From Lama glama (taxonomy: Eukaryota): a stretch of 64,000 nucleotides of DNA. This document shows, piece after piece, positions 23,166-37,100 of this stretch. The notes beneath the pieces were generated by a model, which worked only from the letters and a program-made list of their open reading frames with translations, did no database searches and had not been told where the DNA came from. The stretch lies in NCBI GenBank assembly GCA_028534125.1, contig CM052837.1, positions 36,704,001 to 36,768,000 of the forward strand, in the 5' to 3' direction. Both the position numbers and the translations under genes were made by a program. Numbering within the stretch: the first letter of the stretch is position 1; each line of letters begins with the position of its first letter.

Positions 23166-24364
23166 TTTATTTCTACAAATCTGCGACGTTTGGCAGTCTT
23201 ACCTGTCCTCCGTGTGGGCTTTTGTGAGTTTGTGCCCCAGTGTCGAGATGGGAACCCCCGGAGTGAGCCCTTGCTTGGCTGGGGTCCTCCCGGGCAGGCG
23301 TCTCCCCACCCCCCAAGGTGACCCCTCCCCCATCATGACCCGAGTGTCTCCTCCCTTCGGGGTCCAGCACCTGGGTGGACCTGGGTCCTCAGCAGAGCCT
23401 CACTTCCCTCCACTGTCATGGACCCCGGGATGCGGTCGGGATCGCCGGACGCCGCTGTCAGCATGCATGTGCACGCACACGTTCAAAAGTGACGGAGCCG
23501 CGACCAGTCTGGGCTGTGACCACATCTGCGTCGTCCCCTGAGGGCTGGAAGGTGGCCATCTGTGCTGGGCAGTTGCTTCCTGGAAGAAGCAATCCAACGC
23601 GTGGCTCTGCCCGCCAGCGGCGCGTCAAGACATTGGTGGGGCGTGACCAACGCTCGATCCCGAGTCGCTGCCTGTTGGCTGGTGCCCTCGAGTCTCATCG
23701 CATGGGGCACCTCGGGAACCCCCACTGCCTCCTCTAGGGAGGCCCCCCCAGGCATCAGGGATGAATTTTGGCTCTGATCTGGATGGGGGTCCCCGGGCAC
23801 CAACTCTGCGTGAGCTCTGAGCCCGCCCCCAGCCCCACCCCGCCCAGGTGGGTGCCTGGGAGCCCAGAGGAGCCACAGCTGCGGCCGTGGACCCAGGGGG
23901 CAACACAGACACCTTCTGGGGGCAGGATCCCCTGACTCCAGCCCCAGCTGCCCACCCGCCCACGTGACCCAAGACCCCCCCACCCAGCTGGCGCGCCTCC
24001 CCAACAAGTGCAGGCTGGAGCAAACCTGGTCTCTTCCTGCCACTCCCCTGAGACGTGAGCTGGACGCGAATCCTTTCTCGAATCCTGACCCGGCCACGTC
24101 GATTTGCCGGAACTGAGCAGGGCCTGGGTTTCAGCAAGAGACAAACAGGCTCCCCGCCTGATGCCAACTTCAGAGAATTAACTGAGCGCCTGCTCCACTC
24201 CAGAGCCTGAGAGCTTGACAGCCGGGCCTGGGGCCACCCCCCCCCCAGGTGGGGCGGGGCCTGGGGGCCTGGCAAAAGCCTGTGCTTCTGAATGTCTTTG
24301 CCCGTGAAAGGGGCGTGTCTGTGGTGTGTGGATATACTTATTAAAAATCACATTTTTAGGAAAA

Positions 24365-24750
24365 AACAGATTTATTGAAATATAAATCACACGCATGTAA
24401 GTCACCGTCGAAGGCTACAGTTCAGTGGGGTTTAGCATATTCAGAGCTGTGCACCCGTCACCGCGGTCAACTGGAACTTTTCATTACGGCAAAAAGAACC
24501 TCCATCAGCCTTCGGCCGGCTCCCCTTCCTGCTGCAGACCGCGGGCCTCGCCCAGTCTCCACCTGCCGGTTCTGGGCGCGTCCTACAAAGGGCTGCTCTC
24601 GCTGCTTGGCCTGCGTGTCTGCTTCCTTCCCTGAGCACCACGTTTCGAGTTTCCTCCACGTTGTTTGGGTGTCGGTGCTTTAGTCCTTATCAAGGCCAAT
24701 TAATATTCCTCTGTACGGACAGACCACATTTTGTAAATCCCGTTATTTAA
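24365..24750 (-). mobile_element. Old L1 (L1MA/L1MB-like) 3' end fragment
   Basis: tttattgaaatataaatcac..ttcagtggggtttagcatattcagag..taatattcctctgtacggacagaccacattttgt. Confidence 0.75.
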
Positions 24751-27699
24751 GGAAGGAACAAAGGTCCCTGGTAATGGGCCCTCTCTGCAAAGCCTGGGCA
24801 CCCCGGTGAGCGGCAGCCAAGGAACTGGAGGGTAGAAGACCCCCCTGCCCCCAGAGCCCCCCACCAGCCGAAGAAGCCCCTTTAGCCACAAAATGCCCAG
24901 GCAGGTGCACAATGGACCAAACCCTGTCTGCAAGCATCACTCAGCACATCTGTGTTCTCTGCCCCCCAAAGTGCAGAGCGAGCCACGAGGGGCCTCAGTT
25001 TGTGGATGGTAGTGAGACTTTAGCAGATTTGGGTGTTTCACAGGATGCACAAAACAGCCCTTCCTGTCAACAGTGGGCATAAACGTTTAAGTGACACAAA
25101 CAAGCAGAGATTGAAACGACACGCAGACAAATCCCAAGAATCTGAATTGGATATTGAAGCATTAGAACATCACACACATCACACACACCGCAGGGAGCTC
25201 GGGAGCCTCACGCAGCCCCAGCATGATTAAGCGTCTGCAGTGGGCCTGGGGGCTGGGAAGTGGGGCTGGGCGGGCGGGAGATGCAGCCGGTGGGGGGAGG
25301 GGGTCAGGCACCAGCAGACACTGAGCCAGGCCCTCGGGGCAGCCGGGCATCTGGGGGCAAGGACTCCGCTCGCTGCGGGGACCTCTCTGAAGGGGAGACC
25401 ACTCCCTGTGACAGGCCAGTCTGGTGACCATCCAAAGAGGTCTGGCTGGGAGCCAAGGCTGGGAGGAGGGAGTGAATCTCGAGGAGAAAGAGGCAGATTT
25501 TCAGGGTGGAAGGAGGATTCACATCACTTCCACCACCTCCGTCTGGGGTGAGAGCCAGCAAGAGGAGCCTCCCACGAAGCCGGTCACACACTTCCTCCTG
25601 GACGGTACGGGCTGAGGTTCACCCTCCGGCCACCCCCCGATTCCTGGTCCCCGTCCAATAGGCTCCACACACACCAGGTCTGCTGCTACCCCAGGGTCTT
25701 TGCACGGTAGCGCTGCCTTCCCAGACATCCCCACGGCTCATCCCTCAGTCTTTGACCAAACGTCTCCTTCCCCACGAGGCCTGCCCTGATGGTCTCAGGT
25801 GGAACGGCAGCCCACTCCCCGCCCTGGCGCTCCCGCTCCCGGACCACACACTGCCCCCCCATCTCCAGGGTGCGCGGCGTGATCAGTAGCGCTTCCGCCT
25901 GTCGCGGGGCCGTTAGGTCCGCAAGCCTGGGGCCTGGTTTGTTCCCCTAGAACACAGCCTGGTGTAGAGCCGGTGTTCAGCCATCAGCTGTCACCAGCCA
26001 ACAGCTGGACTTTGGAGGAGCAGCTGCAGAGGGGGCCGTGCCGTCCCCCGGCCGGGAGCAGGCACGACACTCGTCAGCTCCTTTCCACCTCGGGCCGGGG
26101 GCCTCCCCATCCTTCCCTCCCACTGCCCTTCCTGAGGGTCCATGGAAGGTCAGGCACATGACGTCCACATCTCTGATGAATGAAAGATCTTCCAGACAAA
26201 GAGGGACATCCAGGCCAGCCACCTGGCCATCGTCCAGAGGTGACCTGTCACCCCCACTGTCAGGGGCAGGCCATCATCGGTGGGCTTTCCCAACGGGGCA
26301 GGGGCTCCACGCTCCCACACCGCCGACCAGCGGCTCCTGCCTGAGTCCTGCCCGCCCATTACAGGAGTGAAACGTGGCAGCTCCCAGGAGGGACGTGGCA
26401 CAGACGTCAGTTCCTGAAATGCCGCCAGGGGAGTTCACGGGACCCAGGACGCTGTTTGTAACACTGAAGGTGGAAACCGCGTGGTGAACTTCCACAGGGA
26501 ACCACCTCACACAGCTACAACCTACAAGGTACACGTGTGAACTGAAGCGGACTTCAGCCCAGACCCGCGGGAGCGGGCCACGGGTTGGGGTGGGATTTTG
26601 CTGGGGGGTGGGCCCGAGCAGAACAGGAGACACCCAGAGCAGGTGGGCAGGGGCCACACCGCCCCGCCTGAGAGATCTCCCCACCTGTGCGATCAGGTTT
26701 GGCCTGGGGGGTGCCTGGGGGCGCCCGTGGGAGCTGTGTTCTCACAGGCTGTGGCCACATTGCAGGAGCCCCCAGGCAAGAGGGCTTGTCACTGGACACG
26801 TCCCTTGGGGGCGGGTTGGGTTTGGACCCTGGCTCTGGCACTTACGGGTGGTTTGACCTTGGGAGAGTCATGGTGACCCTCCTCAGGGTTCCCGCCTGTA
26901 AAGGGGGCCACGCGGGGACCCACCTCCTAGGGCAAGGGGAGGATGAGCCAATTCAACTGTGCAGAGCCCCGAGGATGCCCCCAGACACAGCGACATGCCG
27001 GGCACTCCAGGACCCTCGGTGCCCCTTTTGGTGTGAGTCTGGGGGCTGGTGGTCCTTGAAAGACCGGCTGTGCTGGTGGGTGAGGCTCCTGGTCCAAGAG
27101 GCTTCCTCCCGTGCCGGCTCCTGGGGGCACCAAGATGAACCCAAGAGCAATCACCCTGAATGAAAACTTGCCCTCAGGTTTATTTTCCTCGGCAGCACAT
27201 CAGAAAGGCACAGGCGATAACTGCTTAATGGCTGTTCTGTGTGTAACCCATTTCCCTCAGCTGGCTCCCACGGTGATTACATTCTGCTGCGTTTAATTCA
27301 GAACTTGATCCTTTATTCCACGGCGTGCTGGGTCGGGACACGGGCCGGAGGGAGGTGCGGTGGGAGGAGGCCAGCCTCTGCTCTGGCCTTGCAGGGAGGT
27401 GGCGAGGCCGCTCCTGGCAGGCGGCTCGCTCTGGGCCGGGATGGAGCCGGCAGAGAGGGGCGAGGGTGAGGAGGTGAAATCAGCAAAGGCAGGTAAACTG
27501 CTTAATTTCATTACTGCGCGTGACGTGTGCACACCCACGAGGCGGGGCTGTCATGGGCCCAGCGGACCCCGTGGGCTCAGTACGTGGGTCCTGGGCGTTT
27601 GACTGGACCTGGCTGTGCCTCCACTTCCCCACCGCCGAATCAGGGAAGACACCCCGTATCGATTTCACTGGGGCTCGTGAGGACCTGCGTGCCCGGATT

Positions 27700-27800
27700 A
27701 GAGTAAATGTAGCAAAAATGCTTGTTAAACAAAGTGGCCATCACCCTTGCTGGACAGGTGAGGAAACTGAGGCACAGAGAACCGATCAGCACGTCAGTGG
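27700..27800 (-). mobile_element. MIR SINE core relic (similar relics near 17050, 39140, 41470, 44390, 48440)
   Basis: acaggtgaggaaactgaggcacagaga MIR core. Confidence 0.6.
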
Positions 27801-27829
27801 GTCCCCGAGAAGCAGACCTGACAGGATGT

Positions 27830-28230
27830 GTAAATATTCATGAACAGGAGGAGGGTCTGGGGAGCTGGCTCCAACCACCCAGACCAAGAAGCCCCATGTC
27901 TCCGTCTGCAGACCTAGGAGAGCCGGCGGGGAGGGTCAGTCCAAGCCCAAGGGCCCGCGCGAGGTCCAGGGGGCTGACCTGTAAGCCCCAGTTCAAGGGC
28001 AGGAGAGAGAGGCCCCCACTGAGGCGAGGGAGGGGCCGGAAACCAGCCCTCCTTCCCTGCTTTCGTCCTAGCCAGGACACCGCGCGGGGAACGGCCTTCC
28101 GCTTTACTGAGTCCACCGATTCCAACACTCGTCTCACCCGGAAACGCCCCCAGACCCCCAGCTATGCAACTGCATTGAGCGTGGGCACCTGCGGCCTGTC
28201 AGGCTGACGCATGTCCTGAGCCATCACACA
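27830..28230 (-). mobile_element. MLT2-type ERVL solo LTR relic
   Basis: ctttactgagtccaccgattccaac..tcacccggaaac..gggcacc..ctgacgca..ccatcaca. Confidence 0.65.
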
Positions 28231-31200
28231 CGCCCACACACTCGCCGCATCGTCTAGAAACTCAGGGGCCCCCAGGACATCTGTCCACTGGGCCAGCCTT
28301 TCTTGGGGTTGGGAACCCCAACACCTCCTCCAGAACCAGGTGGAACCCTGCTTTTAAAGGCAGAGTCCACCGCCCTCACACCGCAGGTTTGGAATCTCCA
28401 GGGAGGATCTTTGCCACTGACATTTAACAGCACCCCAGGCAGCGGGGGCCCCCACCCCCCCTCAAGCTGCCGGGACAGGAGCAGGAGCAGGGGTGGTGAG
28501 CATGCAGGTAAATGCACGCCCTGGGCCATCATCCCGCCTGGCGCCTGGTGATCACTAACCAGGCGCCTAATTAGCCCCACCTCCACGTCTCGCCCCAGGG
28601 GCCCATCTTGAGCTCCTGAGCTCTGTTTGCTGCTAATGACTGTCTTCGCGACAACAATCCAATTACTTTGAGCATTTACCTCCCATCTTCCCCAGAAAAA
28701 CTCCGAGGGCAGCAGGCAGAAGCCACGGGGCCCCTCGGCAGCACCATCCAGGGAGAGGCCGGAAACAGCCCAGGGCTGGAGGGTGGCCAGGCCGGTGACC
28801 ACGCTCCTGTCTCAGCAGGGATGGGACGGGGGAGGGAGGGGTGAGGAGGGGCGGGAACGGGGTCACTGCGCAGCGGGTGAGACGGGGGAGGTCTGGGGGA
28901 CTGGTTGCTCTGCCCTGTGCCTCCCCAGGCTGGGTCCCCAGGGACGGCGGGCGGGGGCAACTTTGTACACAAGCCTGTCTGCACTCTGTCTGCACGGCCT
29001 GACCAGGCGGGAAGTCTCGTTTTGCCTTAAGGAGAAGAGTGGGAACTCAGGAAGCAGTGAGACCCAGCGTGCCCCTTCTTGGAGCTTCACGAGGCCAGGG
29101 TAGGTCATGTCCCACCACATTCCAACGCCCGGCTTTTCTTTGGAGGATGAACCGCCTGCCTCCTCCCCTGGGAAGTGATGCACTGGTTTCCGACGCCCAG
29201 AACACAGAGGCGCGAGATGCAGTGACAGACGGTGGGGCAGGCGGAGTCCGTGCCCCGGAAACACCAGGTGCAGTTGCTCAAGACGAAGGCTTTACAGTGA
29301 ACGTGTGGATTCACCTGCTCCCTTGCACGGAAATGACAGAGCTCAGGCTTCCGAAGGAGTCTCGGCAGCTCGGCCCGGTGAGAAGGACTCCTTGCAGGGA
29401 GGCGCCTCCAGGCTTCTTCCTCCAAGAAAGCGCCGTCCTCCCCTCCTCCCTGTCCTGTCTCCCCTCCACGCCGCAGCTTAGGGCCAGTAAATGGAGCAGC
29501 TGGGCCTTCTCCTTCCCGCCTTCCTTGATCTCTGACAACGAAGCTTGCCAAGGGTGAGAACTCCTGAATTCAGGCCAGAGCTGGTGGGGGACCACCCTTC
29601 CGGAGCAGTGGGCTTCCCGGGCCATATTCTCAGAGCAATCTTCCACTGAGCTGTTTCTGGGAAACTCTGAGTGTCTCGGGGTGAACCCGGCCCCAGAAGG
29701 AGCTTCCCAGGCTCAGGGTGACGAGCGACGTCTAAACAGCTCTGCACGAGGACAGCGGTATCGCCAAGCAGCAGCATAAACGAGCCTTTTCCCCTTGCAG
29801 CAGAGATCCGTGGCGGACGCGCCCTCTGTTTACCGGGGACGACAGGTGACCGAGAGGCTCGGGCTTTGCTGCTGTGTAGCACCCCGCTGTGACTGAATGG
29901 GTGCCCCGCAGCTCCAGAATGAGGAAGGCTCGCATCTCCCGAGGACTGGAGATGTGGCGCCCAGCTCACCAGCTGTGGGTATGGGGCGCAGAGCAGTCTG
30001 AGAACTATGCCCCACTTCCAAGCCCCCGAACTCTGACACCCACCCCAGCTCCGAGCTTGCACACTCTCCCTGCCAGCTGTCACTCTGCAGTCAGGTCTTT
30101 GTTTTGTTTTCTTTTCTAAAAAAATCTTTTGCTGTAAGATAGAAAGAAAAAGGGTACATCTAGCCTTAGCAGTCATTCACCCTTTAGTCTGAATTAGCAC
30201 CCGCTATTTCACCAAGGGCAGATCTGGATGATGCAAGGGGAGGGAAGAGGCAGGGCACAAAGGGCCACAGAAAAAAGGCAGATGGTGAGGGTATCACCCA
30301 CAAGAAAAGTCCCCAGAACAGGAGCTGCAGACCCCTGAAGGCAAGTGTCACCACTTCACTTCCAAATTTGGCCTGGGCCTGGCTCGGCCTCGTGATGGCC
30401 CAGAGATCACGGAGATGGCCCAACAGCCACGTGGGACAGTGCGCCATAGTGCGCTTGGTCAGTCAACAAACATGCTGAGTATCTCCTAGATGTCAGGCCC
30501 TGAGCTGCTGCTGAGGACACAGCCGTGAGCAACACAGTGAAGCCCCAGGCCTCTCATGCTCCTCCACCTACACAAGGGTGCATGCTGACATCGATCCAGC
30601 AGGTGGGGGCCGAGCCTTGGGGAGGAGGCAGCGGGTGCAGGGGAGCAAAGACGGCATGATGGCCGTGCAGGGCCAGGATGCAGCAATGTAGACAGAGGTC
30701 CCTCAGCATCCACAGAGGGGTCTCACCAAGAGCCAGGCCGGGTAGGTGAGGAGGCAGCACAGAAGCAAGGAGACCCCCCCCAACCGTGGCCCTCTGCCAC
30801 CCCCTCTCTGGGACCCTGGGTGCATGGCCACCTCTCAGCCACCCTCTGCACCCCAAGGTTCAGGGCAGGGCCGAGACTAAGCCACACCCCGGGCCGCACG
30901 CCCCTGGGAGGACACAGAGGGTGACGCCCACCTCCCTGCACCTCCCCCGGGCCCAGCCCACCTACAGAGAATCAGTGGAGCTGCTCAGTGGGGCCCGGAC
31001 TGGGGGGTCGACATATCCCAGAGCCGGAGCAGCCATGTGGAGGGACCTCCCCTCGCGAATCCCCGGCATTCTGAGCGGAAGTGCCAAAGGGAGGGAGAAG
31101 TAACTTCCAGGGTCTCGGCGAGGGGGCCAGCGCCAGGCTGGCAGGGAGGGAGGGTTAGCATTTCCTGAGAAACCCATTAATTTCTTCAAATAAACCGAAT

Positions 31201-34092
31201 GAGCACGTATCTCAGCATGAAAGCACATCTGGATAGAGTTTGAGAATCAGATTCATCATGAAAGCTCACTAAGAGTTCATTTTCCATTCTGACTCCTCTT
31301 CCCTCTTGCAGTTGGTCCTTCAAGCCAGCAGGTGGGCTGCAGGGGCCCCACTCTTCCCGTAGGTGCACAGAGCCAGCTGCTCACAGAGCCAAACTCTGGC
31401 TCTCCAAACCTCCCACCCCTTCCTCCCTGAACCACGGACCAGCTTTGATCTGTGCCTCCCACAGGGGTCACCTGGGCTTCAAGGACACATGCCACGTCTT
31501 CCTTTTCCTTTCTTCGTTTCATCACAGGGGGTTTGTGAAGAAGCTGGAACAGAGCAGATGCCATCCCAGGCACTGAGGACACCAGCTGTGTAGACAGATG
31601 GACAGACACGGCCTCCCAGGGTGGACGAGTGGAGGGTCAGAGTGCAGTATGTGGTGGAGGGGACCAGACGAGCCAGCTAGTGGTCACTCTCCAGGCCCGT
31701 CTCCATCCTACACTCTCCCCTCCCAGGGTCTAGGTCCTTTCTAAAGACCCCGAGGGGCTCCAGGGATCCATCTCCAAGCCGTGGGAAGTTGCAGAGGCTG
31801 GGGCAGTTACTGAAGTCCCCAGTCAACCAGCTGTGGGACCCCCTGTCATGGGGGTCCTGCACCATGGGCCCCTCAGCCTGTGTGCAGCAACCCAGCCCTC
31901 ACTGGTCCCACCCCTCACTGGGGGTGATGGCACCTTGCAGGACGAGGAGGGTGGGCTCCTCTGGGCACCAACTGGGGTGTCCTGTCCTGTGGCCGAGGTG
32001 GGGTTCACAGGCCCCAGTCCTGCCTGCACTTTGCCCAGATACCAGAGAGGATGCTTGGCTGCCTCCCTGCCCGACCCTGCTTCCCTCCCCCCAGCGCTGC
32101 CTCCAGGCCTCCTCCCAGTGAACGGCCTGCACGTGACTCCCTGGCCCACGTCGGTTTGGGGAGACTCCTGGGAGATGGGGGCATCCACCAGCTCCCGGCC
32201 GCTCCAGTAACTCACCAGTTCCCACCACGGCCACGTGTAGCTGGCCCACTTTCCGGGGGACCGTGTAACCTGCTGATGGTCTCCACCACCTGGGGACAGC
32301 CAGGCACTGACCCCAGGCCATTGACATGGCCACAGCTTCTGCTCAGGGAAGGTTTGGAGGGGCAGTGTGGGGGAAATGCCATCCATTCCCTTCCAGATAG
32401 GCCCCAGGGCAACCCTGGGGAGCCCTGTCCCCAGCTCCACCTCTAATACACATGCTGTGGATTTACCACCGGCTTTTCTGTGGGAGGCCCTCCAAGGGCG
32501 CGAGGTACGTGGATGGACTCATGCGGAGACCGACTGTTCACAGTGAGGGGAAACGCCTCCTGGCCTCAGTCAGAGAGCTGAGACCCAATACACACACTTC
32601 CACTGAACCCAGGCTTCATCTTGTTAACTTTGCCGAGAAACTGCCGGACGTGCTGAGCCAGAGGGAGACTGGTGTGCCCTTCCCCGGCTTCTGGCTTTGT
32701 CCACCATCAACCCGGCGTCTCCACCGCAGCATTTCCATTTTAACATTATTTGACAAAGTCAAAACCCCTCAACCATCCACGGGTGAGTGAAGAATGGATG
32801 AAATGTGGGCGTCAGTGAAATGTCCCTTACTTTAAAGAAACCCCCCAGAAGAGCTGAAGGCACCCGGGGCCCCAAACCCAAATGAGGTGACCACAGGAAC
32901 CCCCCGCCCCGACGATCTGGGGGTCCGGGCGGGACGGCAGCCGACTCCGGCTGCTCGGGGAGGCTCGGACCAGAGAGATGCCGGGCGGAGCTTCTGAGAC
33001 ATTTCAAAAGCAGCATGAAGGCCCTAGAATGATGTTTTCTCAAAAACCTGTTTTCCTAAGTGACTGACTGTGTGGGCAGATCAGTCTGAGGCAGCGACGT
33101 GCTGTCACGAAGCTAATCGTTGGCTGTCACAGGAAGGAGCAAATTGCCTCCCCTCGGTTCCCACCAGACTGCAGCGTCTCAGGAGCCGCTGTCGTCACGG
33201 CCCAGCCCTGAGACTTCAGGGGAAGCCAGGGCTCTGTTCGTGCGTGCGCCGCCATCACTGTCCAACTGATCACAGGAAAACGGAACCCTGGGTGCCTCTC
33301 GATGCTTCTCTCTGTCTTCACACACGAAGGATTCGTCACTCAAGTGGCTCTGGGCCCCGTGAGTGGTGTCTGAAGTGCTCGCGTCGGGCTGCGTGTGCCT
33401 GTTTCCGCTCAAGCGCCCAGTCACCCCACTGAGTGCAGGTGATGGAAACTCTAGTCCAGGCAGCTCAAGGACGAGGGGCGGGGGGGCAGGCCTCGGGCAC
33501 CCGGGGCGTCAGGCTCAGAGCGGGGCCACTAGGGCTCTAAGACTGTCCTCCCTCAGCTCTGCTGGAGCCAGCCTGGCACCCAGGACAGGGCCCTTCCCCA
33601 CAAGCAGGAAGGATTCTGAGGGCCCCGGGGCGTCCCGGGGCCGTGGGCTGGGGCCTCTGGGGCCGGGGCAGGGAGGACAGGGCCAGCCCCCTGCCCCAGC
33701 CGTGCAGGGCGCTCTCGGGAGCACGGCCCCTGGGTCCCCGCAGAAGGGCAGGCCGGGCGGGGGCGCCGCGGGTCTGGACAACGATGCCCCCTCCTGCGTC
33801 AGCGCCAGCGTCAGGGCAGAGCAGCACTGTTAGCCCCTGGTGGAGCCTGACAGGGAGCGACAGGCTTCCCAGCCACAAGACAGTCCTGTTCCGCGAAAAT
33901 GGCATCGGAAAAAGAAATGGCAGAAGCCAGACTGCAATTCGAGGGCCGTGAAGAATGTCGACAGCAAGATCGCTCACTTGGCGACACCCAGCAGACACAG
34001 CCTGTCTTAAAAGAGAAACAGAGTAACACATCGTCTTTCTCAGCCATCACACCCCTTACATTCGAGTGTGTGTTTCACGTACGCTCTACGGC

Positions 34093-34142
34093 TGTGTGTG
34101 TGTGCGCGCACACGTGTGCGTGCGTGTGCGTGTGTATGCATG
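34093..34142. repeat. (TG)/(CG)/(CA) alternating purine-pyrimidine simple repeat
   Basis: 50 bp of uninterrupted Y/R alternation. Confidence 0.85.
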
Positions 34143-37100
34143 GGGGGGTGGGGAGCATGCAGGCTCAGGGAGACGGTGCCCGTAGGGAGCCCAGAGCAAG
34201 GCGGCAGCAGACCTCGGCTCTGACGGCTTGAGGCGACGCGTGTGCGCAGGCGAGAGCGGTATTTATGGACACGGGAGAGCTTGCTCGCATGCATAATCTC
34301 ACTACTTCTCAGCTGCTGGTTTACACCAGAACACATTTCCCTCAAACGTGCTAAATGCTCGTTCTCCCCCCACAACGATGATATTTTTAAAAACCAGATT
34401 GCAGAGCGGCACTGGTGAAGATTTCCGAGGCGAAAACAACCAGCCCTCCGTGTGCGGACATCACACTCCCCCCGGGAGTCACATCCATGATGGGGGACAG
34501 AGCGTCGGCCCTGCCGCAGGAAGGCGCTTTCTCAGGAGGGGGCCCCACCGCAGGCCCTCACCCTCAACAGCCGGGTCAGCCCCGAGTGCCCGCGGGGGTG
34601 CCGGCAAGCAGGGCCGAGAGTGGCCGTGTGTCACTGCCGCCTGCGTCGAGCTGCTGGAGAAGGGGGGCTTTGTGCACACCCTGCACTTGCCCACAGAGAG
34701 GCTGCAGCCCCCAGGCCGTGGTCGTTGGTGGCCCAAAGAGGAGCTCCAACCGCCACGAGCAAGCAGCTCCAAAAGAAGGAGGTCCCCGTGGAAGTCCCCG
34801 TGAGCGTCCTGGGCCGGCGCCGGCCAGCCCTGCCCACCCGACCCCTCCGCTGCTCTGAGTGTCGGGGAGGCGTCTGCATTTGGGTCTGGCTCAGCCGAGG
34901 GGGCCTTGGAATCTTCCAGCCCTTCAGACATTTTGGTTCCATCCAACAAAACAGCATCATCCTCACCATCCTGTTGCCACCGCAAGGACCAGGGTGCCCC
35001 TCGCCCACCCTGAGCAAGGCCGCCTGGCAGCTTCTGAAAGGCTGCTGTGTCAGCGCCGGTCCCAGAGTCAGACCCTGTGCAAGCCGGGCCACAACCCCAC
35101 GGGAAGCTCTGGAGTGCACTTTGCATCTCAGGGTCAAGGGACCCCCACCGGTGGGGCGGCGGAGGCAGTCTGCCCAGGGGCTGCAGCCCCAGGCACTTCC
35201 GTCCGGCTGGCGCAGTGGGCCGGGAAGGGGAGAGTCCAGGGTCAGATCTTTGAAGAAGCTCTCAGCTGAAACCCCCAGTCCCAGCCTTGGTCCCTGAACT
35301 GTGGTTTGTCATGAACCGCAGCAAAGAGGACTTCGCCGATACTATTAGTGGGTGGTCCGGTCTCGTCGCGGGTCCTCGAGAGCAGAGAAGGTGCTCTGAC
35401 CAACAGCAGGCCTGGAGGCACGGAGCGGGGAGCCGGGCAGTAGGAAGCAAGAGAAGTTTCCAGAGTGCCATTGCTGGCTGGACGGGGGCCTCTAGGAGCC
35501 GGGGCAGCCCCGCTCGCTGACCGCCAAACAGGACACGATCTCAGTCCTACGGCCACAGGGGCCTGGGGGGGCCAAAGGGATTCTCCCCAGAGCCCTGGCA
35601 AGAGCCTGGCAGGTGACATCTTGGCCAGCCCACTGCACCTCTGGCCCAAGAGCTGGTCACCTGGAGGCCCCAGTGTGTGGTAACTGCTCAGCCAGCTCTG
35701 CCTGCTCCGTCCCAGACCTCCAGGCCGCCTCGTCCGGTGGGTGAATAAATGATGGAGGCGTCTGATAAGATCACAGGCGACTGTCCCAGGTCACTTCGGG
35801 GGCAAGTGGCAAAGACCCAAGTCTCACCAGCTTGAGGGCAGAAAGGGCTCATGGGACCAAAATGTCCAGAGGAAGAGCTGGGGCAGATCCAGGGCCTCAG
35901 ACCTTGGCGTCCAGAGCTGCGGGCTCCAGTTCACTCCAGAGATGGTCTCAGGGGAACGGGGCCTCCCAGGGAGGGGGGTCCAGGGAGGTGGGGTTCCTAG
36001 AGGGGCAAAGGTCCCAGGGAGGCAGGGGCCCTGGGGGCACCGCCGGCACAAGGCAGTGGCTCCCTCTCTTGTTGCTGGTGTCTCCCCACCCCCACCCCCG
36101 CAGCGGTAGAAGCCAGAGGAGGACCCGGGCCTGATGGGAGGGGCACCCCTTCTCCACACACCTGGACTGTGCACCAGAACTTACTCCCAAGACATACCTG
36201 CCTGCAAGGTGGAGGGGAGAGGGGACAAGGGGTGGTGACTGACTCCACTTGGCCCAGCCCCGGCCTGGTCATTCCTCACCAGAGCCCCGGACTTGCCACG
36301 AGGACTGCACCTTGAATCCAAGGGCCACCAGGCCTGCTGGGCGCCTCTGCAGGACCCCTTCCTCCTGCTAAGGCCCCGTGTGTCACAGAGCAGGGCGGTT
36401 CTGGGAGAGCGGGTGGCCCGCCCTCAGCCCTCCTGGCCCCGGCTTGCTTCCCAGGGTGTCCGCTGACCAGCCGTGGGGGCAGCAAGGCAGGAACCACTAA
36501 GGAGGCTCCCACTCAGGTTGCTTTTCTGGAACTCACATGGAGTCACTAGGAAATGGGAGGCGCGTTTCCTAGTTAAATATTTCCAGGCAACTACAACTGC
36601 TGATTGCAGACAAAGGGAGCAGCCCCTGATCTTGGCAGAGGAGCTGGAGCCTACAGGAGTCATGTTTATGCAAACGCCAGCTCCCCCCAGGGGGGGAGCC
36701 CAGGAGAGAGGTGTGGACACACGGCTGCCGCCCCATCCCGCCTCAACAGAGGGGCCGCTGGGCAAAGCCACGGGCGCCCAAGGGCCAGGAGGGCGTGGGG
36801 CGGGGTCCTGGCGGCTGCGGGTCCCCTCCCGGCCCCCACGCCCCCAGCACCGGCTCCCAGAGCCTGCGGCCCATGGCCAGCAGTCAAGAGAGGCCATTCT
36901 GTCAAATCCAGGAACTTCCCATCCCCACGCCTCCTGACAATAAATGGAGACAGATATCGGCCGAATGTGACCCTTTCCACTTAAGTCACAAGAGCGTTCA
37001 TGAGCACGCCTGGGAAATTTACCCACAAATCGGTAAATTTATAAGAGGCACAAACTCAGCTTCCCAGGGTGAGAGCTGACAAAACACTGCTTTCTCTGCG

